64,000 nucleotides of DNA from NCBI GenBank assembly GCA_030141605.1, contig JAQGDQ010000005.1, positions 682,180 through 746,179 on the forward strand, written 5' to 3'. A program made the translations under genes and the position numbers. Below are positions 26,411 to 40,400 of the stretch, one piece after another. Numbering within the stretch: position 1 is the first letter of the stretch; each line of letters opens with the position of its first letter. Below the pieces are notes generated by a model. It was given only the letters and a program-made list of their open reading frames with translations. It searched no databases and was not told the DNA's origin. This stretch comes from Tubiluchus corallicola. Taxonomy: Eukaryota; Animalia; Priapulida.

Positions 26411-27919
26411 CCTGGACATTTTATTAAAAGAAACTAATAAAGTACTTGTACACTTAAATCAGGGAAATTTATTATGCCACAGTTTGTACTCACTTCCTAG
26501 CATATTTAATGTGTAATAACAAGTAGGAATTTATTATATCCAGCATGGCACAATAGTAAAACAGCAACTTTAGATTCTGGCAAATCCGGCCCTGCTATAG
26601 AATGACTAAGCCCATATTTGAATTCAGCACATTCAAGTTAGCTTAAATGAGTATACTTAAACGAAAAAGCAAGCCATTGATGACTGAATTTATGTAATAT
26701 TTTGTCCCATTTGTTGTATATATGTATTACAAACCTGTGGGTGTAATATTAAATTTAAAATAATAGGTTTAGCGAATTATATCATTTATGTGCTGTTGTA
26801 GTTATCATATTGCAGTCAAACAGTGTCCTTTCAGCAGTATACTGTATTGCCTTTCTGTTTGTTGAGGTTGTAAAATTGATTATCGTTGTGTGAACCTAAT
26901 AAAACTTATTTAAATGAGTATTGAATGTGCAGTTGGTCTCAAATTAAAATGAAAAACAAAAGCAAGATTACGAATGCTATGTTTTGTCAAAATTAGACTA
27001 CGTACTACAATATGTGTAAATTATTTATGTGTAAAAAAGAAAGACAACAATTTTCGTTTTATTAATTACACAACCCTGAGCTCACAATCTGTTGTTTAGA
27101 GTTACTAGATAACAGTACTTTAAATTTGTATTCATTGAGTGGGTGCATGGGATGCATACCGTATACGCACGTACTAGCTAGCTATACTGACATGAGGCAA
27201 TTTCGTAATGAATAGACCTGCATTAAAATATTAAAATGTTGTTGATGTGGAATCGTTTGTAGTTCAATAATATAGAATTAGAATTTTGACATCTTGCGTA
27301 TTGTGTCAAATTTCCAAAAAAAAACAATGCATTTATTACTGGATACGTTGTTTAGACCATTGATCGTTACCTAAAACTGCATAACAATAAATGTATAATT
27401 ACAACAATAAGTAGGTGAGCAATTCATTGTCATTATTATTATTGACATCATAATGAAATTTGTGTGGTTCTATGTACAACAAATGACAAGAAAAAAATGG
27501 AAATTGATGCTAAAAAATTACTGCGTACTGGGTTAAGTGCTTTAGTTAATGTCGAAAATTATTGCAAATTTACTGATGTAATGAATTATTTCCAGGGTTT
27601 TTTATGCAATAAATGAGATGAGCAAAAAGTCAGGAAGACTTTAAAATCTGTGTAGTTTTCCCATACAGTTATTATTGAATAGTTTTACTGCTGATTGAAC
27701 AGTATCTGCAGTTAGAGGGGAGCATTTAAAAAATTCATTACCTGGATGAAATTCGGCATTAAATTAATGATACCTTCTGTGGCTTAGCAACCCTCATTTC
27801 CAAAATAACAACACTTATAGCAATGACTCCAAGGTAACAGTTTGTACTGCAATTTGAACAAAATAAGAAATATGAAGCACTGCTGCAAGTACTGATGTCA
27901 ATGTTACTATTAATTTTAT

Positions 27920-28497
27920 TATTATTAGGAAATCTGAATCTGAAAAATAACATTTTAAGTTATTGTGGCAAGAGGCTTTACCAAAACATCTGTCATTAAG
28001 ATCCATGGGTTATAGTTGAATAAATGTTTCTGGATTACGCAGTGATGTTTTCTGTGGCAGTTTTAGTGGTTATTATTATTATTATTATTATCATCATTAT
28101 CATCATCATTATTATTATTCTTGTTGTTATTATCATTAGCTGTAAATAAGATCATTGTAATAACATCGATCTCATTCGAGTTTGGTTTCGATATGAACAC
28201 CAAAGTTATGGCAAAGGAAGCAAAATATTCTATTATTATTGTTATTACGAAATCTGAATCTCAAAAATAACATTTTAAGTTGACACTAATCGTGGCAAGA
28301 GGCTTTACCAAAACGTCTGTCATTGAGATGCATGGATTATAGTTGAATAAATGTTTCTGGACTATGTAGTGATGTTTTCTGTGGCTGTTTTAGTGGTTCT
28401 CATTAATTGTAAATAAGATCATTGTAATAACATCGATCTCATTCAAGTTTGGATTCAATATGAACACCAAAGTTATGGCAAAGGAAGTAAAATATTA
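27920..28497. repeat. Tandem duplication (core of about 260 bp x2); copy 1 carries an (ATT/ATC)n expansion
   Basis: GAAATCTGAATCT..GGCAAGAGGCTTTACCAAAAC..GAACACCAAAGTTATGGCAAAGGAAG occurs twice; the trinucleotide run at about 28070-28136 is only in the first copy. Confidence 0.88.
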
Positions 28498-29850
28498 TGA
28501 CGATAATGATGAGGGTAGCTTGCGATGCTCAGGGAGACTCTGTTAATGGCCATAATTCCGTAAAGTAGCAGAGCTTGAGACGCCCAAGGTGGCACCTGAG
28601 TTTGCCCACACCCATGAAAAATACAGCAACATTCTTTGTAAAATTTGTAAATTTTAGTGGAGTTATGTTGCTGCTGTGATAATTTAATTGTGGAGATAAG
28701 CTGATAAAATAATAAAGCTGATAATAAGACTGAAAAAATTTGTCTGTGAAGAAGTAATTCTGTAAGTGATAAGAACACTAAGAAGCTTCTACAAAAGTTA
28801 ATGTAGGAAAGACTGTGATCACAGTGTATAAATATACTTCACAGTGAGCCTAGGAAGTGCACTGTGTAGAAATTTTGAAAACAAAGGAGAACTATATGAC
28901 TATTACAAAGATATTAAATCATTAATTATTATTATCTTTTGTAACAAACAGTCAACAGTAAGCACTATAAGCAGTGTTTTCATGGAAAATTAAAGGGTTT
29001 TACCTTCTGTTACGAAAAATGCACAAACACATCAAACGTTTAAATATTTGATAAATTCATGTTAGGAAAAACCATACTACCGGCATTGAACAAGTGAACT
29101 GCAAAGTTGAACAGTTTCGAAAATAATGAAAAGTGTGAAGGTCGCATACGTTTACAGCAATAGACGTACAAATTATAACAGGCAAATGTCAGTATGCCTC
29201 CAGCAATTATCGACCTGCAAATTAGAAAACGTTTGCTTACTGTACACACACACACACACCATATAAGTTTTGTAACACATTTACACTATTCTGACAGAAT
29301 CAACTTTTTCAGTGCACTTGATCAAAGTGCCGCCAACTAAAAAAAGCAATCCAAGGCACACTGCCTCTTTGCCGCTGCGCCACTGTCAGTCTGTCACTAT
29401 TGTCTAGCTGATGTGCCTTTTGTTTTAGAAAACTATTTTTAGGTCCAAGAAAGTACTTTGCTTGTGTATGTCTTGAATAATTTGTGAACAAATTCTGATA
29501 CAAATACTGAAGTTTCAAACACTGAAGGCAAATGTTCAAAATAATTAACAGTAGCTAACTAAGCATAGTAATCGTACACACAGTTTTCTTGATTATCACA
29601 CAATAACCGAAAACAAAAACCATAAAACTTCAGCAGTAGTCAGTAAACATGGGAGAAGGAAACTATATATAGACAAAGATATACACATATATATAGTATA
29701 TACACAATGGATACCGTTATGAGCAAAGCCACTTACTAAACCAACAATTAAATTATGAAATTATTCATCTATCTTTGACATGTACATATTCCCAAATAAG
29801 TTAGTAACATTCATCAAAAATTAAAAGAACTATTTATAGCAATTAATTCA

Positions 29851-32800
29851 TCAACTTTGCACCATTTTCTTTTGAAGATCATAAACATATCGTTTGAAAG
29901 CCACCGTAATTTCAATTGGCACTTTCTCTACCGTAGCTTTCACATTGTGGCTGCTAGGTGTTGCTGCTGATGATTTTTCTCGATTTTTCCGTGTTGCACT
30001 TAAAGATGCCACAGTCGAAGGCTGAAGCCCTTCTATAATAATGGAAAAAATATTACTATTATAATCTCATAGCTCTGAAAAGACTTTTTGCAGCTTAAGA
30101 CGTTTCATAACTGTGGACTAGCTTATGATTTCTCTCTTTGTCCTTGAATTTTGTCTAAGTTTTCAGTAAATTTGCAAATATCCAAGTACGTGTTGAGTTA
30201 TATTACCGAATTACAAGCAGAAACAAAATCAATCACTAATACAATTGCTCTGAACAACAATTATTCATAAACAGTTTCACTGTAATTACTTAAACTGTTT
30301 CACTGTAATTACTTATTATGACAGCTGTAATTACTTATTATGACAGTTATCAAACATTATAGGCATCAGCTAATAACTTCAGCAGCTACTACATAAATAG
30401 TTATTTGCAGATATTTTGCTCGAAACCAAGGCAAGTAACAACACAGTTGACCGCACTTAACTCGAACGTCTTGGACATCTATTGATATTACACATTTTTG
30501 GCATTTTATTTAATTTCTAACAGTAATTCATAATTGGTCCTTTCTTTAACGTCACTTGCTAGAGAAAGCACCATGTATCGAAAGTAATACTTTTGAAACT
30601 AGTCGCGAACAATTTGTTGCATGTGGCTAATACTATTACCATCTTTTAACTCTTTCTCCATTACTGAATAATCGATATTTGTTTTGATATATAAAACAAA
30701 AATAAATTACATACTTACTTACTCACTTAAGGTACGTAGGCCCTACACATACAAGGGACTCTAACATAAATTTAGATTTTTCCAAATTTGTATTTGTGAG
30801 TTAACCAAATGCTTTATAAGGAGTTTGGCAACCTAAATTGTAAAAATTACCAAGTTTGTAAAATCTCACTACTTCTGTAAAAAAAATAACTACTTTGGCA
30901 AAAATGTTATAATTTTATAAAAATTTTGTAAGACTAGAGGCTATAACTTATGTTAAAAAGTTTCACATTTTTGTAAAAACAAACTGGGTCACTAATTTTT
31001 AAAAAGTTAAACACTTTTGCAAAACATGCTGTTTTTACAAAAAAATGTAGTCACTTTTGTAAAAATGTCATTAGTTTCGTAAGAATTCCTGCCCATTTTT
31101 GTAAAATACAACGCTGCTAGCTGCTTTTGTAAAATTTTCCATTTTTGTGAAAACAACTAGTCACTAATTTTGTAAAAACACTAACCACTTTTGTAAAACT
31201 CGTTACTTATAATAATAATAAAGAATGATCTCTTTGCACATTAATTTATACCAGATAACAAAATACAATAAAGCACAAGCATTGAATGACCATGGTGGCA
31301 CAATATGGTGCAACATTTTCTCACTACATTCTCACCATGCATGCTGCGTGATAATGCATTCCTACAAGAGGCGATAGTATAAATGTTATCGAAATCTGGT
31401 GATGCGACATCATAAAATTTCCCAATATTCTATTTCAAATCCTCGAATCCAAACTTACAGAACTTGTATTCAGATGTCACCTTAGGTGATAGTGAAAAAT
31501 TAGTCCAATGAAACTAGTATTTTTATAAAAATAAACACTTTTTATTGAAGCGAACACTATAACAAACTTGGCAGCTCGAGATCATATGTTACAGCTATCT
31601 TCTACCGAGAAATTCACACTAGGCGGCAACTGCTAAGTAATTAGCCTCAAATTTGAAAGTAACTAATCTCATATAGGGCAGGGTTGGTACAATTTAAAGT
31701 CTGGTACTCTTGTAAATGTTCCGTTAAAAATGCATAGAAACCATTAATAAGATTTACATAGAGTCAGAGCACCTATAGACAAAAACAAAAACTGTGATAA
31801 CAATCAATGAAATAATAAGACATTTCTATGTTAGAGCGGATCATTTTGCAGAAGACGGAGTAGTGGGTCCTTTGGCTGGAGTAAACAATTTAATGAAAAA
31901 TTGCAAATAGTACTTTTTCTAAGAGGTAATCTAACAAAGTTATCTTTTTAAAATGAAATGACACCTGATGGCCCGAATGCCACTGACACAGAGAACCAGG
32001 GAACTATTAGCTGAGTCTAAAAAAGTCTATCCATGCCAACTTAACAAAAAAAAACAATGAAAAACCAACAGCTAATAAACAATGCCAGTGTCCTAAATCA
32101 AAAACTACGTTCAAACTTCGCCAAACCTTGTCATTGTAAAACTTATAAGGGCAATTTTTGTTACTCGTGCCTACAGAAATGAAAATTTCAATAAGATGCT
32201 TAATAGTAATCATATACAATAAATGACGTCAACCCAGAGCAAATCATATCAGTTATCAACACTGCAATGCAAGACTTACCGTTTTGACAAAAGTGACTAA
32301 TGCTTTTACAAAATTAGTGGCCCAGTTGTTCTTACAAAAGTGGAAAACAATAACCTTGTATTTTACAAAAATGGGCGGAGTTCTTACGAAACTACAGATA
32401 TTTTTACAAAAGTTACAAAAGTAGCCACTTTTTAAATCAGTAACCCACTATTATGAAAGTGGAAAATTTTTTGACAAAAATAATAGCCTCTGATTTTACA
32501 ACACTGGCAAGATTCCTTACAAAATTAGCAACATTTTTTATCAAAATGGCTATTTTTTTACAAAAGTAGTGAGCTTCTACAAACTTAGTATTTTTTACAC
32601 TGTAGGCTACAGAGTAAAACACAGTGTACTACAGTGTAACACACCTTCACATAATCATTGCAAAAGTAACATACCAAATTCTGACAAAAGCAAAATCACA
32701 AGCAACTTAGCTTGTAAACAACATGTTATGAAGTTGTTTATGATGTGCCAGCAGTCTATAGCACCCTAGTCAAGAGCTACACACTGAAACCAGTGTGGAT

Positions 32801-34395
32801 ACATATTCTGAGGTACTTTTGCTGACTTAGTTTTGAGCTATTTGCTCTAATTTAAGAAACTATCACTAGCAAGATCTACAGCTAATAGCAGTAAGGATCA
32901 TACCACTGTTACTTAGCATAAATGACGAACAAAAAGCCAGTAATATCAATTAATGTACTAGAGAAACTAGCAGTTGAGATAAAACAGGAACTCACTCAGT
33001 ATGCGAACTTTAAATTTTCCACTTTGGCCAAAGCCGCTTTCAATCACACCCATTTCTCCAGTTGATAACTCCACCCGTAGTCCGATAAAATTTTGTATAC
33101 TACTTTCTTTTTTGAATAATGAGCGACCAATCACTGTGTATTCATCTACCATTCTATCAACAAATCCTGCAAGTAGCACTACTACATGAAAACAGCATTG
33201 TGATAATTGTCATATCCGTATTTAATCATAGCTATTAAAAGGTGCATTAAAGGTTCGTTAAAAAGGAATATGGCTCAGTGTGAAAATGTTGTCAGCTGAT
33301 ATAATTCTCTGTCCTCTGAAAGGCTTTAAGCCTATGTTACATAATACGAAAAGAGCACGAGCCACAAGTACTACTGTTCCCACCACATTAAATTAATGTC
33401 CATCATGTTTGCTATTACATGTTCAGTAGGTATGAGAAAAACGAAGAATAAAATCGAACAGAATTAAGTAGTTAGAATAGTTTGAATATCTCTTTTTACG
33501 ACATTTATGAAACTGTCTTTAAATACAAACATACTACTTTTTGGCCAGTTAACTGAAACTAAGATGCTTACAAAGTAACTGAATTACTAGATAAACAAAC
33601 AAGACTATAAAGAAGATTGATGCGAAATGCATACAGCAACTGATTTAAACGTAACAGAAAAAATCTTACGAACTTTATCTCCCAAGAAGATCATATAAAT
33701 TCTATTATCTGAACATATACTATATGTATCAGAAATGACACTATAAAGCCGTCATGTATCATGTTTTTGTTTGCAATAACATGCATAATGTTATTTATGT
33801 GTCTACCATATAGTCAGTAATAATTATAAAGACATCACATATGAATTACGTTAGACTTACCTTCTCTGGATTTACTCTTATAAACTCGAAGTTGTGGCAG
33901 GACAGTCTCTTCGTAGTTCTTCACACAAATTGGTTCCAGTACTTTACCATGAAATGCTATTCTGCAATGGAATTTAAATATGTTGTATATGAATGAAGTA
34001 AATTTTTGTGGCAGCAACGACTCTTGCTTAAGCTACAGTAGGCCTATATCAGAAGTTCAAAGATATATTATGCAATACAATTTTCGGGCTGCCACACTGC
34101 ATAAGGAAGCTCGACCAGTTAGACCATAACTTTTTTTTTGAAAAATACTAAGAAAAACTGTAGATTTGGGCAGCAATTTCAAGACGAAATATATATATGT
34201 TCGCCATGTCCTTTTTATGCTGTTACCACAAATTGTCCAACTACTGTGTTTAAGGTAAACTTTTGGAAAAAATTAGAATTTCATTTTAAATTTTCTATTG
34301 TAATTTTTTAATTATAGAATATTGTAGAATAAGGTAAGCATAAAAAGGACATGGTGAACACACACACACACACACACGCACCACACACACACGCA

Positions 34396-34467
<72 letters not shown>

Positions 34468-37400
34468 AAACACACACACACACACACATATATAATATAT
34501 ATAATATATAATTTGGTTATTACAAGCGTAGCAAAATTGAGTATTTTTAGCATAACCAAATTACTAATCTGGGTCTATTAATAAAGTTGTAAAATATACC
34601 CACTATTAGTCAAAGGCAAGAAGCATTTATGTTTCTAACTTAGCTATTATGCAAGGTAACAGAATCTGCTACTTAGCTAGGCTTACCAAAGAAAGAAGCA
34701 TTTCACCATAGAAAAATAATGCACAGTTTCTAAGACTGAAATTTTACATAGTATTAAAACATAGAAAGAAATTTTTAGTTTGAAATAAGACCTAAACTTA
34801 TTGACAGAATCAGATGATTAATTTCAGGCAAGCAGTCACATTGCAATATTACAGGGCGATTCAGAAGTCCCTTGCTAATTTGATTTGCAATTTTTTTTGC
34901 AACAAATGACTAGTAAATAACCTTCCATTACTCTGCACCTTGCTGCTATGCTCATCTTGTACATCATCTTTCAGCTGTTACACAGTCTGCTACTATGCAG
35001 TACTGGGACCTAACTATGGTTTCAACTTTCAAGAGATGGGCAATTAAAACAAACCGGCTAAAATTATTAGCAACGAATCAGCCATATTTTCGCTATATAT
35101 CTGATGCTTGTTAAGTGATTGGTTAAGAGATACATATGTTGCAAAATGTGTTTTTGTTAAACTCTTGTTTCTAACCACCACGCATAATTTCACAGGGATA
35201 TAATCAGAGTAACAAATCAGTGCTCTGCAAAGACAGGAATTTGAATTTGGTGAATTAATCAGGGTCCAGGCCATCAATACGGTCTCCGCCTTTTCAAGAT
35301 TTTTACATAAACGCAGCTTAAACACAAAAATATGCCGGCAACAAGATTTTGTTTGGTGCGAGATAAAAATGATTTAAATCTCTTTTGCATTTTTAAGCAA
35401 GGCATTTTATTTGAGTATATTGTGTGGTAATTTCATATTTTAATTACATATTAAAATACCACGAACGTTGTTCAAGAGTTAGCATTTCCTTTAGAGGGGA
35501 AGAACAATAAAAATATGATATACCTGCACATATTTAAATGAATGTCACTGTCAAGCTTAGATCCAATCACTAAGCTGTTTTTAATACAAGTCACAGGATG
35601 CTCAAACTCAATCAACGCATAGTGAGTTGTGAACTCAGGACTACCTGTTGTTGCCTCTGCTGAACCACCTTTAAATATATTTCATTTATGACTAATATTT
35701 ACAAGATAATAAGTTTATGAGTTTAACCTAAGAAAAAAAGTGGTTTTCTTAACTCATGAAGTTTAAAAAAGTATATAAAAGAATCTTGCTTAGAAAAAAT
35801 TTAATGTATCTTGGACAGTAGGTAGTAAAACCTATTATTAAGTGCAAATTTCAAATAGATACCAAAATTTTAATGATTGTACATTGAGTAAGCTGTTTCT
35901 GAACTATCAAACAAACTGTCATTATAAAAATACTGCACACTAACTATAGAAAACATAATAACTTTATTAATTCACCTGTGGTTCCTTTGTCAAACAGTTC
36001 ATCCTGATAGAAGTATTCTTTGTTAAAATCAAAGGTATATTCCTTATCATCACTAACATCCTTGGACAAAAGAGCAAAATAAGTAACCTTTCCCATGACT
36101 GTCTCGTGACCAATACTGCAAAAATTCAATGTTTAGAATAAACAATATTAATAACAGAAATACCCTTCACTTTCCTAGGAGCTTTATTAAAGTATCACAT
36201 AGCAAAAAGTACTTTCATTTTGCATTATAACTGATAACATAAATGCCATAGTAATTACTAAACTATTAATAATAACCATTAATTTGGGAATGACTTTGTG
36301 AACCTGAACTCTGACTTGGAATACGGAAAATTTAATGAGATAAAAATGACAAAAACAATGACAAATACTAATCTCTTTTCTATCTATTTACCCTCTTAAA
36401 ATTGGTTATGGAACCGTTATGGAACCTAAAATATGAGTTTAAAAACTGACTACAATATTCTATAATTAAAAAATTACAAGAGAAAATTTAAAATGAAATT
36501 CTAATTTTTTTTCCAAAAGTTTACCTTAAACACAGTAGTTGGACCATTTGTGGTAACAGCATAAAAAGGACATGGTGAAAATGTTAAGATGGAATCTTTT
36601 AAGAGATGTCTAAAAAGTTGAAAAGCAAGAAAAGTTAATGAAAAATTAACAGATTTCCGTGCTTGAGCATGCTAGTGAAAATTTGAGAATATTTCTGACA
36701 GGGAAAAACATTTGTTGAAGTAATACACACAAATATAGAACCAGCTAAGACAGGTCCACAAATGCCTTGTAGAAATTGCTCAATAATGCTACTATATCTC
36801 TACTATGCGTGCAATGTCCATATAATGTTTGAGTTAATTACAACTAGTTGAACTTCTTAAATGTCAAATTTATTAATATTTTGACCACTTTCCTTTTTTA
36901 TTGGCAAAACAGCCACTAACTTTATGAATACTGATTAAAAGTAGAAATGGTTTAAGTGACTTTAAACTGTTATGCCTAGCATGATAAGACTTTGTTACCT
37001 TATGTTAGATACTTACTGTTCCTCTAAATTTCTTTGACCTATACTAAGAAAGGAGCTCTTGATTTTATTTGGCTCACTTAAATCACATTTTCTATCGATT
37101 TGCTAGAGACATTATAAAAATAATCATTCTGCAACATGTCACAGTCATCTAAACACTCCTTATGTCCGATGTTACTTAACTACTGAAGGTAATATTTATG
37201 AGTGCTACAAAATAATTAAACTGTAATGTTTCTAAGGTATTAGGACATACACTGATTGGTGACTAGCCTGGGTAGCAAAGCCACTTGACTGGGTAATTAT
37301 AATTTGAAGCCAGATTTTGAAATCAGTTGTCAGCACAGTAACACTTTAACGGGAGTATTACGTGGTACTTGAAATTTTAGTACTGTATGCCGAGACTATA

Positions 37401-40400
37401 GGGGATGGGGTACAGATCAGCCAATAACACTGCTGTAAAAATCAATACAGCTTATTTTTATAGTAGCTGCAGGCCTATTTATAGAACTAGATCGCTAACA
37501 ATAACTGCATTATGCACAAACATCTAGACAAACAGTATACTGTTGCCAAGTTTGCAAGGAGCAAATGGCCTTATCAGCGGAAATACAGTATTTGAGCACG
37601 TATAGATCTCTGCTATTAAAGAGGAAAAAGCATCAAAACTTTTTTCCCATTAAAAACTAAAGGAAAATTACTTTAGTAAAATTTGTGAGCCTGTGCCAGA
37701 AGTGCCCAATAAATTACATCCCCTACCGAGCAAAGATTTTCCGGCTTTGGGTACTTCTATAAATCCTTTCAACCAGTTGGCATTTCCTGTATTCGGTCAA
37801 ATGGAGCACAAAGTCAAGATACATGCTCCATCTCGGATGTGGTAACTGGATATAACTGCTAAACCCATTTACTTTGTATCAGACTGAGTTACAATGCTTA
37901 TAATCGGTACAAACAAACAAAGCCTAACTGCAGAAAAAAAACAGAAAACAATGATGTTATAAACAATATGCACTTAAAATTTTTATATCCAAATAATATA
38001 CCTGATATGGAACTTCGCTTTTGAAGAACATTTTCCCTTGAAGTATGGAATTTTATTCACTGATACAACAGCAGCAAATAATGTTGGCAAGCAGCCAGGT
38101 GTAAAAACCAGGCCTCTTTCTAGTAATTTTGCATCAAACTGTGTCACGCATATCCCTACCCTGTCTCCCTGAAATATGCGAAAAACAAAATTTGTTGAAA
38201 AAATCAGTTTTACAGAAAACTAATTTTTAGCAAGCTAATTCCTTGAGCAAATAATAATCAGTTTTATTAAAACACAGTAGTTTAATATCAAAAAGAATGA
38301 CCTCGGTGAGTCATTGGGCCCTGATATGTTAAATTTTTAGCATAGATCCATACACATACTCCTAATATCATAAATCTAATGGAATCTAAAAGTGTGGCCA
38401 AAATGTGCCAAAATAGAAGTATGCATTCGTTAAACAGTGTTATTTCATTTAAACGACATACAAAACCTAAAAATAAGTCCCATACCTTACACAAATCTGA
38501 ATTATGTAAAAATGAACACCTGACTTTCAAGGCCATGGAATTTTCAACATTTTGAAAATGAAAATCTGCTATGGAAATGGTGTATAGATGTTATGGGGAA
38601 TAATCACGAGGGTTAACCATAAAATCTCCATTTTTAATCGTCACCGTTAATGCTTGTTCGCTACTTCATTATGAAATATGGTCACTTTTTGAATGGTTGA
38701 AAACAATAAGTATGACTGATGTAAGACTTTTATTGGGTCACCTTTTTCCATATTTTTGTCACTTAATTAAGCTGAGTGGGGTTTCAAATTTCTCAGGGTT
38801 CAAGTATGTATCATTTAGTTATACCATCAATTAGTATATCGATTCAAATTTCGTAAAAACACGTGTGACTGTTTTCAAAATTAACTCATATTTTTTTACA
38901 AACCTGCACAGCCTTTTCTACTGGCTTCTTAAACATTTGTATAGACTTCACTTTTCTTTTCTCTTTTACTGCTGATATTTCTACTGTCTAAAATGAGAAC
39001 AAAAATAGTGTTGGACCGAATAATATATCAACACAGAAAATAAATAAATTATTATTTTACATATTCCTTCATTACCAGAATTACTTATACACATTAAGAC
39101 CACATAAACCACACTGGACCATGCTAGAACACACTTATAAGTGAAGGAATTTCATAAGCTTCAAAAGCTATTAGTAAACATCACTACAGTATCGTAAATC
39201 AGAGGTAGCTAATCCAGGTCAGCCTTTCTAACTCTTAAAATCAGACTTACATCATTTATTGCAATGCTCCCATGGAGCACTGTGCCTGTCATTACCGTTC
39301 CTTGCCCTCGAACAATGAAACAGTGATCAACAGCAAAAACGAAATCACCAGTTGCATCCCGTTTCGGAAGATAGACAGTTTTTCGAAGCACTTCCACCAA
39401 GTCAGGCATACCAACTGCATCCACATTTGAGCCCTGAACAAAAGCAAACATTATTGCTTGGTATGTAATGAAAAAACAACCACAACAAGTTTCTCTCACA
39501 AAAACTGCAAGCCTTCAATACACCAGCTCACGAAAAATCTGAACTGCTCTTTTACATAAGAAAAAGCATTACTCAAAAGGATGCTCCTTCTTTCGACCTA
39601 TCCTATCCCTCTGACTCTCATCTTCCTGACAGCCTGTCCTTTAATCTCTCAATGACTCTCTCCTGTGTTTCTTTCATTCTTTTTCCTCACCTGTTTTATT
39701 ATCATAATTAATCATAACTGATAAACAATTAATCTTTTTACCTCTGGTCCACCAGGTTTAGCAGAAACTGGAACAACAGGTGAAGATGCAAATTTGGTAT
39801 TCATCAAGGTCTTTTGGATCCTTTTTGTTACCTATGGTATTAACATACTCGTTAAAGCTTTAAAGTTCACATACTGACACATTCTGTTATAATTACATAA
39901 TAGGCCTATTCTACAGAAGTTTAACAAAAGAAAAAATACCTTCTCAATAGTTTGTTTTTGCTTTTCGGGTGTAAGTACATCTATCTTGTTTAACACCACA
40001 ATCATATGTTCACAAGAAATTTCTCCTATAACAAGACATTCGGCTGTTTGAGTTTGAATTCCCTTGGTTATATCAATCACCAACATCATCAAATCAATTA
40101 TTTGTGCTCCTACAGAAAATATAACACCAAGAAGTCTCTTTACTACTAGTTATTATTATCAGACATAGATTACAACCTAACACTTTTTAGCTGCTTTATC
40201 TAATAACTGTACTTGAACACAAGTGACAATTATATTTAAGTCTCATCCATAGGATTAAGCTTGTTGATGAGCTAGGTTAGAGGGAGGATGGGCGACAACA
40301 TCTACCTTTTAAAAATAGATGTTGCCACTAAGCACTGAATTCCAACTTGCATGCCAAACCATATAACAACATAATGACTGGTTGGCTTAGAGTTGAATCA

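Noticed and set aside
26400-30000. Search for a selenoprotein or SECIS element next to EEFSEC
   Set aside because: No in-frame UGA ORF or convincing AUGA/AA/GA stem-loop seen by eye; SECISearch would be needed to exclude it.
34295-34581. ORFs with poly-(CV) or poly-(HT) tracts
   Set aside because: Translations of the (CA)n microsatellite.
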